NCBI GenBank assembly: GCA_964488645.1 | Contig: CAZAVK010000002.1 | Span: 64,830-128,829, forward strand | DNA length: 64,000 nucleotides | Source: an uncultured Rikenella sp. | Lineage (GTDB): Bacteria > Bacteroidota > Bacteroidia > Bacteroidales > VadinHA17 | Direction: 5' to 3' | Shown: positions 38,498 through 47,606 of the stretch, in pieces | Position numbering within the stretch: position 1 is the first letter of the stretch | Layout of the letters: the number at the start of each line of letters is the position of its first letter | Notes under the pieces: generated by a model | The model's input: the letters and a program-made list of their open reading frames with translations, nothing else | The model's database searches: none | Told to the model about the DNA's origin: nothing | Translations under genes and position numbers: made by a program

Positions 38498-41353
38498 CTA
38501 CCTTGAGCCGAAGCTGATCACATAATTACTGATAAAGTTCTCGCTGTCATTGATAACGAGATTCCACGTTGTTTTATTGGAGACTCTTCCTATATTGTAG
38601 AATGATCCTGTCCTGAGGGGGAAGCCGCTCACCGCTGCTCCGTTGCGGCCGGTCAGGTGGAGGAGTCCTTTCCCTGCATCATAGAAAGCTATTCGCCTGT
38701 CGCCCGCTCCGATGGTGAATATAACCGGTCCCTGCAGCTCGCTCCCGCCGGCGTCATATGACCACAACTGCCTGCCCTCGCCGTCAAATACCATCAACCT
38801 GCCCTGGTCGAGTGTTATCCGGTCAGTCTGGTTGTCCCCGTCAACATCGGCAAAGTCAGATTGATGTGATGCAGACAGCCCCTCTGCCTTGTGGCGTCTC
38901 ACCGTACCGTCGAACATCAGCCTCACTGTGGCGCCGTCAGGTGATGAAAACATGATGGCGGGCTCATCTCCGCCCGTCAGCCTGGCGGCAGATCCGGCGG
39001 CCTTGACCAGCGGCTCTTCATGTGCCACCCTGATGTTACCCGTGCGATCAAGCAGGTAGACAGCCTGATCATCAGCCACAAAGAGATAGTCTTTCCCCTT
39101 GACCCTGAAGAAAGAAACCGGATCAGCCACCCTGCCGCGTGCCGTAAAGAGGTTCCAGCCCCTGACCGGAGTACCTGAGCGGTCATAGACATAGACGATG
39201 CGGTCATCACCGGCAATGCAGAGCCGGTAATCCTTGTTGCCTTCATAATCAAACAACGCAAGGGTGTTTGAAGCCGGCGAACGCAACTTTACCGGGTATC
39301 TGTCGACATAGTTGCCGTTGCGGTCAATCAGGTGCAAATAGTCACGGCCGGCGAATAGCAGTTGCCATTTGCCGTTCCGGTAGTAGTCGATCATGAAGAT
39401 CTCTCCGTTGATCCTCTCCCTGACCGGCGCCTTCCAGAGCAGCCTGCCCGAGGCGCTGAAAAGGTAAATGGTATTCCTCTGGTCCTGAATAAAAACCTCG
39501 GTGGCACCGGTGTTATGATTGGTAAAGAAATAGGGCTTTATCGCCGGAGGGGCATCCAGCTTCACCCTCCACAGCAGCTTCAGTGCAGAGGGGTCTGTCA
39601 CCGCAGCCGTACCTTCCTCCCTGCCGCCGGCTGCCACGGTGGCTCCTGTCCCTGTCTCCGGTGCCGCTGCAGCGCTGCCTGCAGTTGCCGCCGGCAAGCC
39701 GGCTGAGGCCGCTGTCCGCGGTGCATCACCGGTAGTGTAGCGCACTGAGAGGCTGGTATAGATCATCTCATTGCTGGGGGTAAGGCTCACCCCTATTCCG
39801 CTGATGGCTGAGAGGGCCCTTTCATTAAGCGCGCCGGCCGCTTCATGAGTAAGCAGTCCTGACAGCAACGAACTGATCTCCCTGCCCGAGGTGTAAAAGA
39901 GATATGAGCTCCTGGTCGGTACCGTCTTCTCCAGTTCCCTGAACTCCGGATCATTGATAAGGGTATTCCCGGCTGCAGCCTCCTTCAGTATCATCCTGAG
40001 GGTCTCGGGTGATCTTGCAAAGATCATGTATGATCTTGCAAATGTTACCCACTCATCGCCACTCCTTCTGTCACTGCTCTCGCTGCTGCGGCCGGCCTCG
40101 CCTCCTCTCCTGCCGCTCCCGCCGGCCAGTATGGACGAAACTCCGCTGAACGGCATCCTGTATATCGTCTCTTCCGCATCTCCCTCTCCGTTCAGCTTCA
40201 TTATGAAACGATCATCCTTCACCCCTGTGGCCCTGTACCTTGCGGTTACTCTCTGTCGCAATGTCTCTTCTGCTGATTTCGGGTCGGTCATCCTGAAGAG
40301 CCGCACCCACTCTTTCCCGTCAGCCTCGCCGGTCATCGCCATCGTCACCTCCGTGCCGGTATATGGGCTCAGTATCAGCGCCAGGTCAGATGCATTTATG
40401 GATGAGGGGTCGGTGGCTGTCTCTCCGGTCAGTGACGCCCGCCGCATCAACGTGCTGTAGGTGAGTATGCTCCGTGGCAGCAGTTCATGCACCCCGCACT
40501 CGGCAGGGGTCACCTCCTTCAGGCGGTCTGCTCCGGCACCGCTGCCGGACGTTGTCAGGAACCCGCTGACAAAGATGCCTCCCTCGGCTACGTTGAGGTC
40601 GCCTCCTGCGGCCACTGCCACCGATGATATTTCCGCAATCTCATCTGCCTGTATGAAAGTGCTCAGGAAGCCCGGCAGGTTACGGAACAGTACAAACAGG
40701 TTGTCTGCGCCCTTGCCTGCTGCCCCGGCTACCGGAGCAAAACCCTGCTGGTGGCGTATGTCATAGCCCGAGCCGCGGTTGTCGAGCGCCGATCGCAGCA
40801 GATTATCTGACGGGGTCATAATAACTATTCCGGAGGTGAGGGCGGCATGCAGTGTCATCTGCCTGTTGCCATGGCCATAGGTGGCAGTGAAGATACGGGT
40901 GCCATCAGGTTCACGCCCGCCTGTCACCACCGCTCCCGTCTGTGCCAGCAGCGCAGAGAGCTTCCTGCCGCTGAAGAGCGGGCCGGTACTCATCGTCACC
41001 AGGGGTGCAGGCTCTCTCTTCCCGGCAGTATGAAATGAGATCACCACCCTTCGGTTGCTGATCAGCTCGCGTACCTCCCTTCCTCCCGTAATACTGTCAA
41101 TGGCCGAGACGGTACCAACCAGCGAGGCTGCCCACTCCATGGCCGAGAGACCTGACAACAGTCCGGCAGGGTCGGCTACCCGGGTGAGCAGCTCGGGGAA
41201 GTCTTCGGTCTCCACAATGAAGAAGGCATCAGCCGGCACCGCCTCCCACGGATCAATCACCACTGCCAGCTTCTCCCTGCGGATAAACAGGGCTGAAACT
41301 ATAAGCCCAACAGTTAATAGTCCAACAAGTATAATACCCGACCGCTTCCGCAT
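38498..41353 (-). CDS. Large N-terminally membrane-anchored protein with C-terminal beta-propeller-like (FG-GAP/VCBS-like) repeats; unknown function
   Basis: One N-terminal transmembrane helix (IILVGLLTVGLIVSALFI), A/G/T-rich linkers, and a C-terminal region of about 380 aa with repeated strand motifs (IYLFSASGRLLW, LHLIDRNGNYV, VYVYDRSGTPVRGW, DVDGDNQTD). The ATG at 41353 is supported by a -7 box at 41381-41388. Confidence 0.5.
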   Translation of the reverse strand: MRKRSGIILVGLLTVGLIVSALFIRREKLAVVIDPWEAVPADAFFIVETEDFPELLTRVADPAGLLSGLSAMEWAASLVGTVSAIDSITGGREVRELISNRRVVISFHTAGKREPAPLVTMSTGPLFSGRKLSALLAQTGAVVTGGREPDGTRIFTATYGHGNRQMTLHAALTSGIVIMTPSDNLLRSALDNRGSGYDIRHQQGFAPVAGAAGKGADNLFVLFRNLPGFLSTFIQADEIAEISSVAVAAGGDLNVAEGGIFVSGFLTTSGSGAGADRLKEVTPAECGVHELLPRSILTYSTLMRRASLTGETATDPSSINASDLALILSPYTGTEVTMAMTGEADGKEWVRLFRMTDPKSAEETLRQRVTARYRATGVKDDRFIMKLNGEGDAEETIYRMPFSGVSSILAGGSGRRGGEAGRSSESSDRRSGDEWVTFARSYMIFARSPETLRMILKEAAAGNTLINDPEFRELEKTVPTRSSYLFYTSGREISSLLSGLLTHEAAGALNERALSAISGIGVSLTPSNEMIYTSLSVRYTTGDAPRTAASAGLPAATAGSAAAAPETGTGATVAAGGREEGTAAVTDPSALKLLWRVKLDAPPAIKPYFFTNHNTGATEVFIQDQRNTIYLFSASGRLLWKAPVRERINGEIFMIDYYRNGKWQLLFAGRDYLHLIDRNGNYVDRYPVKLRSPASNTLALFDYEGNKDYRLCIAGDDRIVYVYDRSGTPVRGWNLFTARGRVADPVSFFRVKGKDYLFVADDQAVYLLDRTGNIRVAHEEPLVKAAGSAARLTGGDEPAIMFSSPDGATVRLMFDGTVRRHKAEGLSASHQSDFADVDGDNQTDRITLDQGRLMVFDGEGRQLWSYDAGGSELQGPVIFTIGAGDRRIAFYDAGKGLLHLTGRNGAAVSGFPLRTGSFYNIGRVSNKTTWNLVINDSENFISNYVISFGSR

Positions 41354-41380
41354 GATAAATCTGGAATTGATATAGAGTAT

Positions 41381-41388
41381 CAAATTTA
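41381..41388 (-). promoter_or_regulatory. Candidate -7 promoter box (TAnnTTTG)
   Basis: The reverse complement reads TAAATTTG, 27 nt upstream of the ATG at 41353. It lies inside the longer ORF-track version, which argues against the 41383 start. Confidence 0.4.
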
Positions 41389-41515
41389 TGAAATATTAGC
41401 CTGACTGATACGGGGGCTCCATCCAGATATACTCCTCTGTCATATAACATCTCAAAACCAGGAAAGATTAAACCATTTTTTATTACCTTCTTGCAGACCA
41501 TAAAAACAGAGCGCC

Positions 41516-43918
41516 ATGAAACGACCAACAATTGCTTTTGTACTTCTGTGTTTGTTCTCAGGTCTTCATGCCCAAACTGTTACAGTCATCAATGCAGAAG
41601 ATGGCAGGCCCATCTCCGATGTTGCTGTATACAATGAACCAGGCACTCAGTTCGGCTATACCAACCCAGCGGGGAAGATAAGCCTGTCAGGATTTTCTGC
41701 TGAACAGCCCATCACCTTCCGACATTTTTCGTACGGGATGGTCTCATTCACTTTAGAAGAGCTGAAAGCTGCCGGGCTAATAGTTAAACTTGAATCAAAA
41801 GTCTTTGAAGTTGATGAATTGGTTGTATCTGCCAGCCGCAGGGAGCAGAAAGCAGATGAAGTCCCCAATCAAATTAACGTGATAACTCAACACGAGGTAC
41901 AACTTATGAATCCTCAGACTGCAGCTGATCTTGTTGCAATGGGAGAGGTATTTGTCCAGAAGAGCCAGTTAGGTGGTGGCAGTCCCATGATAAGAGGTTT
42001 CGCGACCAACAGGGTTCTGATCAACATTGATGGTGTTCGGATGAATAACGCTATTTACCGCGAGGGGAACATCCAGAACGTGATATCTCTGGATCCTAAT
42101 ACAATCGAACGTACCGAGGTTATTTTTGGACCTGGTGCAACAATGTATGCCAGTGATGCCCTCGGCGGAGTAATGGATTTTCACAGCAAAAGAGCTCTCT
42201 TCAGTACGGGTGACTCACTTTATCTTAAGGGAGAGGCAATGATCCGTTGGTCATCTGCCACCTCCGAACAAACATATCATGCAGATATCAATCTGGGAGG
42301 TCAACGTATTGCTTTCCTGTCTTCTGCAACCTGGTCTTCCTTTGGTGACCTGGTAATGGGATCTGTCTCTCACCCGGAATACCTTCGCAACGAGTACCAG
42401 GTACGCATAGGAAACAGAGACAGCGTAATGTTGAACAGTAATCCCCGCAAACAGATAGCATCCGGCTACAATCAACTCAATACACTCCACAAGCTCCGGT
42501 TCAAGGCAGGCCGAAATCTCCAGATTGATTTCGCTCACCATTATTCACACATCTCCAACGTTCCGCGATATGACAGACTCATTCAGGTCAGAAACAATAC
42601 CCTGAGATTTGGTGACTGGTATTATGGACCACAGATCTGGATGATGGCCAGTTCTAATATTCATTACAACAAGCCAGCCGCGCTTTTTGACAAGGTGCGT
42701 CTTACCATTGCCCGTCAGGATTACCGGGAGAGCCGGCATGACAGAGCTCTGAATAAAACAGCGCTGAATGAACAAACCGAAAATGTTGGTATCTGGTCGG
42801 CAAATCTTGATCTTGACAAAAAAGCCGGCAACAAAGGCAACCTTCTGTACTATGGCGCTGAATACGTGTGGAACAACATCCGGAGTACTGCCGACGTGAG
42901 AGATATTATCACGGGAGTTTCTACCCCGGCAGGTTCACGTTATCCCAATGGCAAGAATAGATACAATAGCGCTTCGCTTTATGCTGGATTCAGGTTCATT
43001 ATAAGCGAGAAAACGCACCTCACCACAGGAGCCAGATACAACTATGTAAGCCTTGATTCAGAAATTGCAGATAACTCTTTCTACAATTTCCCCTTTACAA
43101 CTATTTCAGCAGCAAACAGTGCCCTTACGGGAGCAGTTGGTCTTGTCTTCAGACCAGACAGGCTTACAGAGTTGACACTTAATGTCTCAACAGGGTTCAG
43201 AGCACCAAATCTCGATGATCTGGGTAAAGTCTTCGAATCTGCCCCGGGTGTTCTGGTAGTTCCTAACCCTGAATTAAAACCAGAGTATCTGTATAACATA
43301 GACCTGGGTATTTCCAGAGAGTTTCTGGAATTGATAAGGGCTGAAGCCTCATTTTTCTGGTCATGGCTTGACAACGCAATGGTTCGGCGTGAATTCCTCT
43401 TCAACGGACAACCAACCTTTATTTTCCGCGGTGAAGAGAGTCAGGTTTACGCGATGGTCAATGCCGGTTATGCCATAGTTTACGGGACTCAGCTGAAGGC
43501 AGAACTGCGTCCTATTTCCCTCTTCAGAATTAAATCCACCCTGACCCTTACCAGCGGACATGATGATGAGAAAGCCCCTGTCAGGCATGTGCCTCCGACT
43601 TTCGGGACTACTCACCTCATCCTGGAAAATAATTTTATCAAAGCCGATCTCTATGCCAGCTATAACGGAAGCATTACCAATAAACGGATGGCTCCAAGTG
43701 AAAAGACAAAGGAATATCTTTATGCCAGTGACAAGGATGGCAATCCTTGGTCGCCACAATGGTTCACTCTCAATTTCAAGAGTTCATTCAATATCAGCAA
43801 CAGGATAGATATCACTGCAGGCGTTGAGAATATTCTCAATCTTAGATACAGACCCTATTCGTCAGGCATCGTGGCTCCTGGAAGGAATTTTTTAATCTCG
43901 GCAAGGGCAAGAATTTAA
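41516..43918 (+). CDS. TonB-dependent receptor (carboxypeptidase-regulatory-like N-domain + plug + barrel)
   Basis: Signal peptide, plug motifs (GGGSPMIRGF, NRVLINIDGVRMNN, ERTEVIFGPGATMYASDALGGV), and barrel motifs (GFRAPNLDDL, PNPELKPE). There is no adjacent SusD-like gene. Confidence 0.9.
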   Translation: MKRPTIAFVLLCLFSGLHAQTVTVINAEDGRPISDVAVYNEPGTQFGYTNPAGKISLSGFSAEQPITFRHFSYGMVSFTLEELKAAGLIVKLESKVFEVDELVVSASRREQKADEVPNQINVITQHEVQLMNPQTAADLVAMGEVFVQKSQLGGGSPMIRGFATNRVLINIDGVRMNNAIYREGNIQNVISLDPNTIERTEVIFGPGATMYASDALGGVMDFHSKRALFSTGDSLYLKGEAMIRWSSATSEQTYHADINLGGQRIAFLSSATWSSFGDLVMGSVSHPEYLRNEYQVRIGNRDSVMLNSNPRKQIASGYNQLNTLHKLRFKAGRNLQIDFAHHYSHISNVPRYDRLIQVRNNTLRFGDWYYGPQIWMMASSNIHYNKPAALFDKVRLTIARQDYRESRHDRALNKTALNEQTENVGIWSANLDLDKKAGNKGNLLYYGAEYVWNNIRSTADVRDIITGVSTPAGSRYPNGKNRYNSASLYAGFRFIISEKTHLTTGARYNYVSLDSEIADNSFYNFPFTTISAANSALTGAVGLVFRPDRLTELTLNVSTGFRAPNLDDLGKVFESAPGVLVVPNPELKPEYLYNIDLGISREFLELIRAEASFFWSWLDNAMVRREFLFNGQPTFIFRGEESQVYAMVNAGYAIVYGTQLKAELRPISLFRIKSTLTLTSGHDDEKAPVRHVPPTFGTTHLILENNFIKADLYASYNGSITNKRMAPSEKTKEYLYASDKDGNPWSPQWFTLNFKSSFNISNRIDITAGVENILNLRYRPYSSGIVAPGRNFLISARARI

Positions 43919-43981
43919 TTATACAAATTATTTGAAGTACTGTTGCTATTTTTATGTGCGATTTATTAATTTGCCGTTACT

Positions 43982-45184
43982 ATGCCGGTATGGGTAAACG
44001 AGACTCGTCGTTTCAATCTGGTTAAACTCGCCAGCAAGAAAGATGTCAGAGACTTCCACGATCTGCCGGCGATGATCAACCGCGGAGACCCGAACTGGGT
44101 CAGGCCGCTTATCAATGATGTTGAGGCAGTCTTCAATCCCGGAAAAAACACCCTTTTCCGTAGCGGCGAGGCCATTCGTTGGCTGCTTCGCGATGAGAGT
44201 GGCAACACTGTCGGAAGGGTGGCCGCCTTCTACAGCAGGAAGATTTCCGGTACCAGGGATGGAAATGTGGGCAGCATGGGCTTCTTCGAGTGCATCAATG
44301 ACCAGGAGGCTGCCAGAATACTCTTCGATGCCTGTCGTGAGTGGCTCGCCGGAAAGGGTATGACGGTCATGGAGGGTCCGGTTAATTTTGGCGACCGTGA
44401 CCGCTGGTGGGGACTGCTGGTTGATGGTTTTGTTCAGCCCAACTACTGCATGCCCTATAACCCTGCCTACTACAGGGAGCTGTTCGAGGCCTACGGGTTC
44501 AGGAACTACTTCAATCAGTACACCTACCATATGCCGGTAGATGACAGCCGGCTCAATCCCGTCATCAGGGAGAAAGCAGAGCGGGTCTTCAGCAATCCTG
44601 ACTACAGCTTCCGCTACATGACCCTGCGTGAGATGGATGACATCGCCCGCAACTTCATGATCATCTACAACAAGGGGTGGGCAAGATTCCCGGGGGTGAA
44701 GACCATCAGCGAACGGCATGCCAGGCTGTTGCTGAAAAGCCTTAAACCAGTGATTGATGAGAAGCTGCTCTGGTTCGGCTTCTACAGGGATGAGCCGGTC
44801 AGCTTCTTTATCATGCTGCCTGAAGTAAACCAGATCGTCAGGCATCTCAACGGCCGGCTGGACCTCCCTGGGAAGATAAAATTCCTATGGTACAAGCATG
44901 CCCGGAAGAAGCTTACCAAGGCGTTCGGACTGATCTTCGGCATCGTACCGGAACACCAGCGAAAGGGCGTGGAGGGTGCCATGATAATGTCATTTGCCAG
45001 GCTGGCACTCTCTGACAAATTTCCTTATACCGAACTGGAGTTCAACTGGATAGGTGACTTCAACCCTTCAATGATGCACCTGCTCGATCAGATCGGCGCC
45101 ACGATACTCAAGACCCATGTCACCTACCGCTACCTCTTTGACAGGAACGCCCCCTTCGAGAGAGCAAAGGTGGTGAATACCTGA
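43982..45184 (+). CDS. Uncharacterised protein, probably GNAT/acyl-CoA N-acyltransferase fold
   Basis: 400 aa. GRVAAF...GSMGFFECINDQEAARILFDACREWLAGKGMTVMEGPVNF and a later QRKGVEGAM segment resemble a Bacteroidota GNAT-like family. The assignment is from memory only. Confidence 0.45.
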   Translation: MPVWVNETRRFNLVKLASKKDVRDFHDLPAMINRGDPNWVRPLINDVEAVFNPGKNTLFRSGEAIRWLLRDESGNTVGRVAAFYSRKISGTRDGNVGSMGFFECINDQEAARILFDACREWLAGKGMTVMEGPVNFGDRDRWWGLLVDGFVQPNYCMPYNPAYYRELFEAYGFRNYFNQYTYHMPVDDSRLNPVIREKAERVFSNPDYSFRYMTLREMDDIARNFMIIYNKGWARFPGVKTISERHARLLLKSLKPVIDEKLLWFGFYRDEPVSFFIMLPEVNQIVRHLNGRLDLPGKIKFLWYKHARKKLTKAFGLIFGIVPEHQRKGVEGAMIMSFARLALSDKFPYTELEFNWIGDFNPSMMHLLDQIGATILKTHVTYRYLFDRNAPFERAKVVNT

Positions 45185-45282
45185 CCACGGCAGTGGGCCT
45201 GCCGGCAGCACGCGACTCCCCATCGGCAGGAGGCCTGCCGGCAGCACGCGACTCCCCATCGGCAGGAGGCCTGCCGGCAGCA
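45185..45282. repeat. Tandem repeat, 36-bp period, about 2.7 copies
   Basis: ggcctgccggcagcacgcgactccccatcggcagga occurs at 45196 and 45232, with a partial copy at 45268 and a degenerate partial copy from 45185. The array starts right after the TGA at 45182-45184. Confidence 0.88.
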
Positions 45283-45335
45283 AGATATCTATCGCCGGCA
45301 TGAGGCCGGCATCTGACAACGGGTAACGGAATTTT

Positions 45336-46325
45336 TCAGAATGGCCTGTAACCGATTATCTCCCTGACATCACGGATTGTTGCGGCGGCGCTGACCCGTG
45401 CCTTTTCGGCGCCCTCCCTCACCACCCTGCCAAGGTAGGCGGGGTCATTCAGGATCTCATTGATACGTATACGGATAGGCTCGGTAACCTTTATGATATC
45501 CTCAGCCAGTTGTTTCTTCAGGTCGCCGTACCGTATGCGGCACTCAGCATGTTCCTGACGGAAGAAGGAGAGTGTTGATGACTCAGAGACCACCTCCATG
45601 ATGGTAAAGAGGTTTTTTACCGGCTGTGACGGTTCGGCTCCGGGTTCAGCCGGACCGGTATCGGTCACCGCCCGCATCACCTTGCGGCGTATCTCTTTAG
45701 GGGTATCAGCCAGGAAGATGCCATTACCTTCGCTTTTGCCCATCTTGCCTGCACCATCGAGCCCGGGTATCTTTATCAGCTCCTTCCCGAAATTGTATGC
45801 CGTGGGCTCAGGGAAGTACTCAACCCCGTACATGGTGTTGAACCGGCGGGCAAACCGGCGGGTCATCTCGAGGTGCTGCTCCTGGTCCTTGCCCACCGGC
45901 ACCTTGTGAGCCTTGTGGATGATGATGTCGGCAGCCATCAGCACCGGGTAGGTGAGCAGTCCGGCATTGATATTGTCAGGATGGGCGCGGATCTTCTCCT
46001 TGAAGGAGGCGGTACGCTCAAGCTCCCCGACATAGGAGATCATGTTGAGCAGCAGGTAGAGCTCGGTCACCTCGGGCAGGTCACTCTGCACATAAACGGT
46101 GGCCTTCCCCGGATCAATGCCGGCAGCCAGGTACTCGGCCAGCACCTGCCTGATGTTTCCCTGGATGTCGTCGGGGTGAGGATGGGTGGTAAGTGAATGG
46201 TAATCAGCTACAAAGAAGTAACAGTTATTCTCCTCCTGCATCCTGAGGAAGTTCCTGAGCGCCCCGAAGTAGTTGCCGAGGTGCAGGTTGCCGGTTGACC
46301 GTATGCCGCTTACTACCGTATCCAT
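45336..46325 (-). CDS. trpS: Tryptophan--tRNA ligase
   Basis: TGNLHLGNYFGA (HIGH-type) and KMGKS motifs. 329 aa. Confidence 0.95.
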   Translation of the reverse strand: MDTVVSGIRSTGNLHLGNYFGALRNFLRMQEENNCYFFVADYHSLTTHPHPDDIQGNIRQVLAEYLAAGIDPGKATVYVQSDLPEVTELYLLLNMISYVGELERTASFKEKIRAHPDNINAGLLTYPVLMAADIIIHKAHKVPVGKDQEQHLEMTRRFARRFNTMYGVEYFPEPTAYNFGKELIKIPGLDGAGKMGKSEGNGIFLADTPKEIRRKVMRAVTDTGPAEPGAEPSQPVKNLFTIMEVVSESSTLSFFRQEHAECRIRYGDLKKQLAEDIIKVTEPIRIRINEILNDPAYLGRVVREGAEKARVSAAATIRDVREIIGYRPF

Positions 46326-46345
46326 CTGTGAACCATTTGCAGCTG

Positions 46346-46353
46346 CAAAAATA
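46346..46353 (-). promoter_or_regulatory. Candidate -7 promoter box (TAnnTTTG)
   Basis: The reverse complement reads TATTTTTG, 20 nt upstream of the trpS ATG. Confidence 0.4.
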
Positions 46354-46422
46354 GCTATAATTAGCCAATTCCCTCATCAGTTGATTATGCGGGTTCTCTC
46401 CTCCGGCTGCCACAAATTTTCC

Positions 46423-46430
46423 TATTTTTG
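46423..46430 (+). promoter_or_regulatory. Candidate -7 promoter box (TAnnTTTG)
   Basis: TATTTTTG lies 16 nt upstream of the rbfA ATG at 46447. Confidence 0.4.
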
Positions 46431-46446
46431 CGTGAAATCTATTGCA

Positions 46447-46785
46447 ATGGAAACTACACGGCAGAAGAAAGTTGCACGGCTGATACAGAAGGAGCTCTCT
46501 GAGATCATCATGCATCACGGTCAGGAGCTTTTCCCGGGGAAGATGGTTTCGGTGACCACCCTCCGCATCAGCCCCGACCTCTCCCTGGCGAAGGCCTGGG
46601 TCAGTCTCTTTCCTTCCGAGGGGTCGGCAGCCATCCTTGAGGTGCTTCGCCACAACACCTCCCGGCTGAGGTATGAGCTGGGGCAGCGGGTTCGCAACCA
46701 GTTGCGCATCATCCCCGAGCTGGTCTTCTTCATTGATGACAGCAACGACTATATCGACAATATATCCAAACTGCTCAAAGAGTAA
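46447..46785 (+). CDS. rbfA: Ribosome-binding factor A
   Basis: RQKKVARLIQKELSEII, ISPDLSLAKAWVS, IPELVFFIDDS. ATG at 46447 (METTRQ). Confidence 0.9.
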   Translation: METTRQKKVARLIQKELSEIIMHHGQELFPGKMVSVTTLRISPDLSLAKAWVSLFPSEGSAAILEVLRHNTSRLRYELGQRVRNQLRIIPELVFFIDDSNDYIDNISKLLKE

Positions 46786-46790
46786 CCGCG

Positions 46791-47606
46791 ATGCACTATG
46801 ATCCCATCAAGGAGTATCTGGGCAGGTTCTTCAACCGTCATCCTCTCCTGCGGAAGCTCTTTTACCATCTCCTCAACATCCTGCTGCTGCGTTCATGGCA
46901 TGTCAGGCGTGCACTGAGGAGGCTGGCCCCCTCACTGCCTCCGGCGGCAGCCGTGCTTGATGCCGGGATGGGGTTCGGACAGTATTCATGGTGGATGGCC
47001 ACACGCTTCCCCCGATGGAAGATCACTGCTGCCGATATCAAGAGCGACCAGGTGGATGAGTGCAACGCCTTCTTTGCTGCCACCGGCCTCTCTGAGAGGG
47101 TCAGGGCGGTGGAGGCGGACCTGGTGAGCTGGAGAGCCGCTGAGAAATTTGACCTGATCCTCTGCGTTGACGTGATGGAACATATTGCGGAAGACCGTAC
47201 AGTGCTGAAGGGATTCTGCGATATGACCGCTCCCGGCGGCCGGCTCATCATCTCGACCCCGTCAGACAAGGGCGGCTCAGACGCACACTCTGACGATGAG
47301 GCGTCATTCATCGGCGAGCACGTACGCAACGGCTATGGCACAGAGGAGATAACCGACAAGCTGCTGACAGCCGGCTATGACCGGGTAACGGCAACCTATA
47401 CCTACGGCAGGCCGGGCAGCCTCGCCTGGCGGCTCTCAATGAAATACCCCGTAATAATGCTGTCAGCCTCAAAAATGCTGCTGGTTATCCTTCCTTTCTA
47501 CTATCTTGCCGTTATGCCATTTGTACTGCTGCTCAACGGGGCAGACCTGCTCATCAGGCACAGGCAGGGCACCGGCCTGCTGGTCATCGCACAAAGCAAC
47601 CGATGA
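46791..47606 (+). CDS. Class I SAM-dependent methyltransferase with a C-terminal hydrophobic segment
   Basis: Motif I VLDAGMGFGQ, post-I AADI, and DLILCVDVMEHI. Confidence 0.75.
   Translation: MHYDPIKEYLGRFFNRHPLLRKLFYHLLNILLLRSWHVRRALRRLAPSLPPAAAVLDAGMGFGQYSWWMATRFPRWKITAADIKSDQVDECNAFFAATGLSERVRAVEADLVSWRAAEKFDLILCVDVMEHIAEDRTVLKGFCDMTAPGGRLIISTPSDKGGSDAHSDDEASFIGEHVRNGYGTEEITDKLLTAGYDRVTATYTYGRPGSLAWRLSMKYPVIMLSASKMLLVILPFYYLAVMPFVLLLNGADLLIRHRQGTGLLVIAQSNR

Noticed and set aside
45068-45319. 83-aa minus-strand ORF reading through the 36-bp repeat (LPAGLLPMGSRV repeated), starting 17 nt after the trpS stop.
   Set aside because: It overlaps 117 bp of the well-supported GNAT-like CDS and has no convincing start context. 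It is most simply a by-product of a period that is a multiple of 3.
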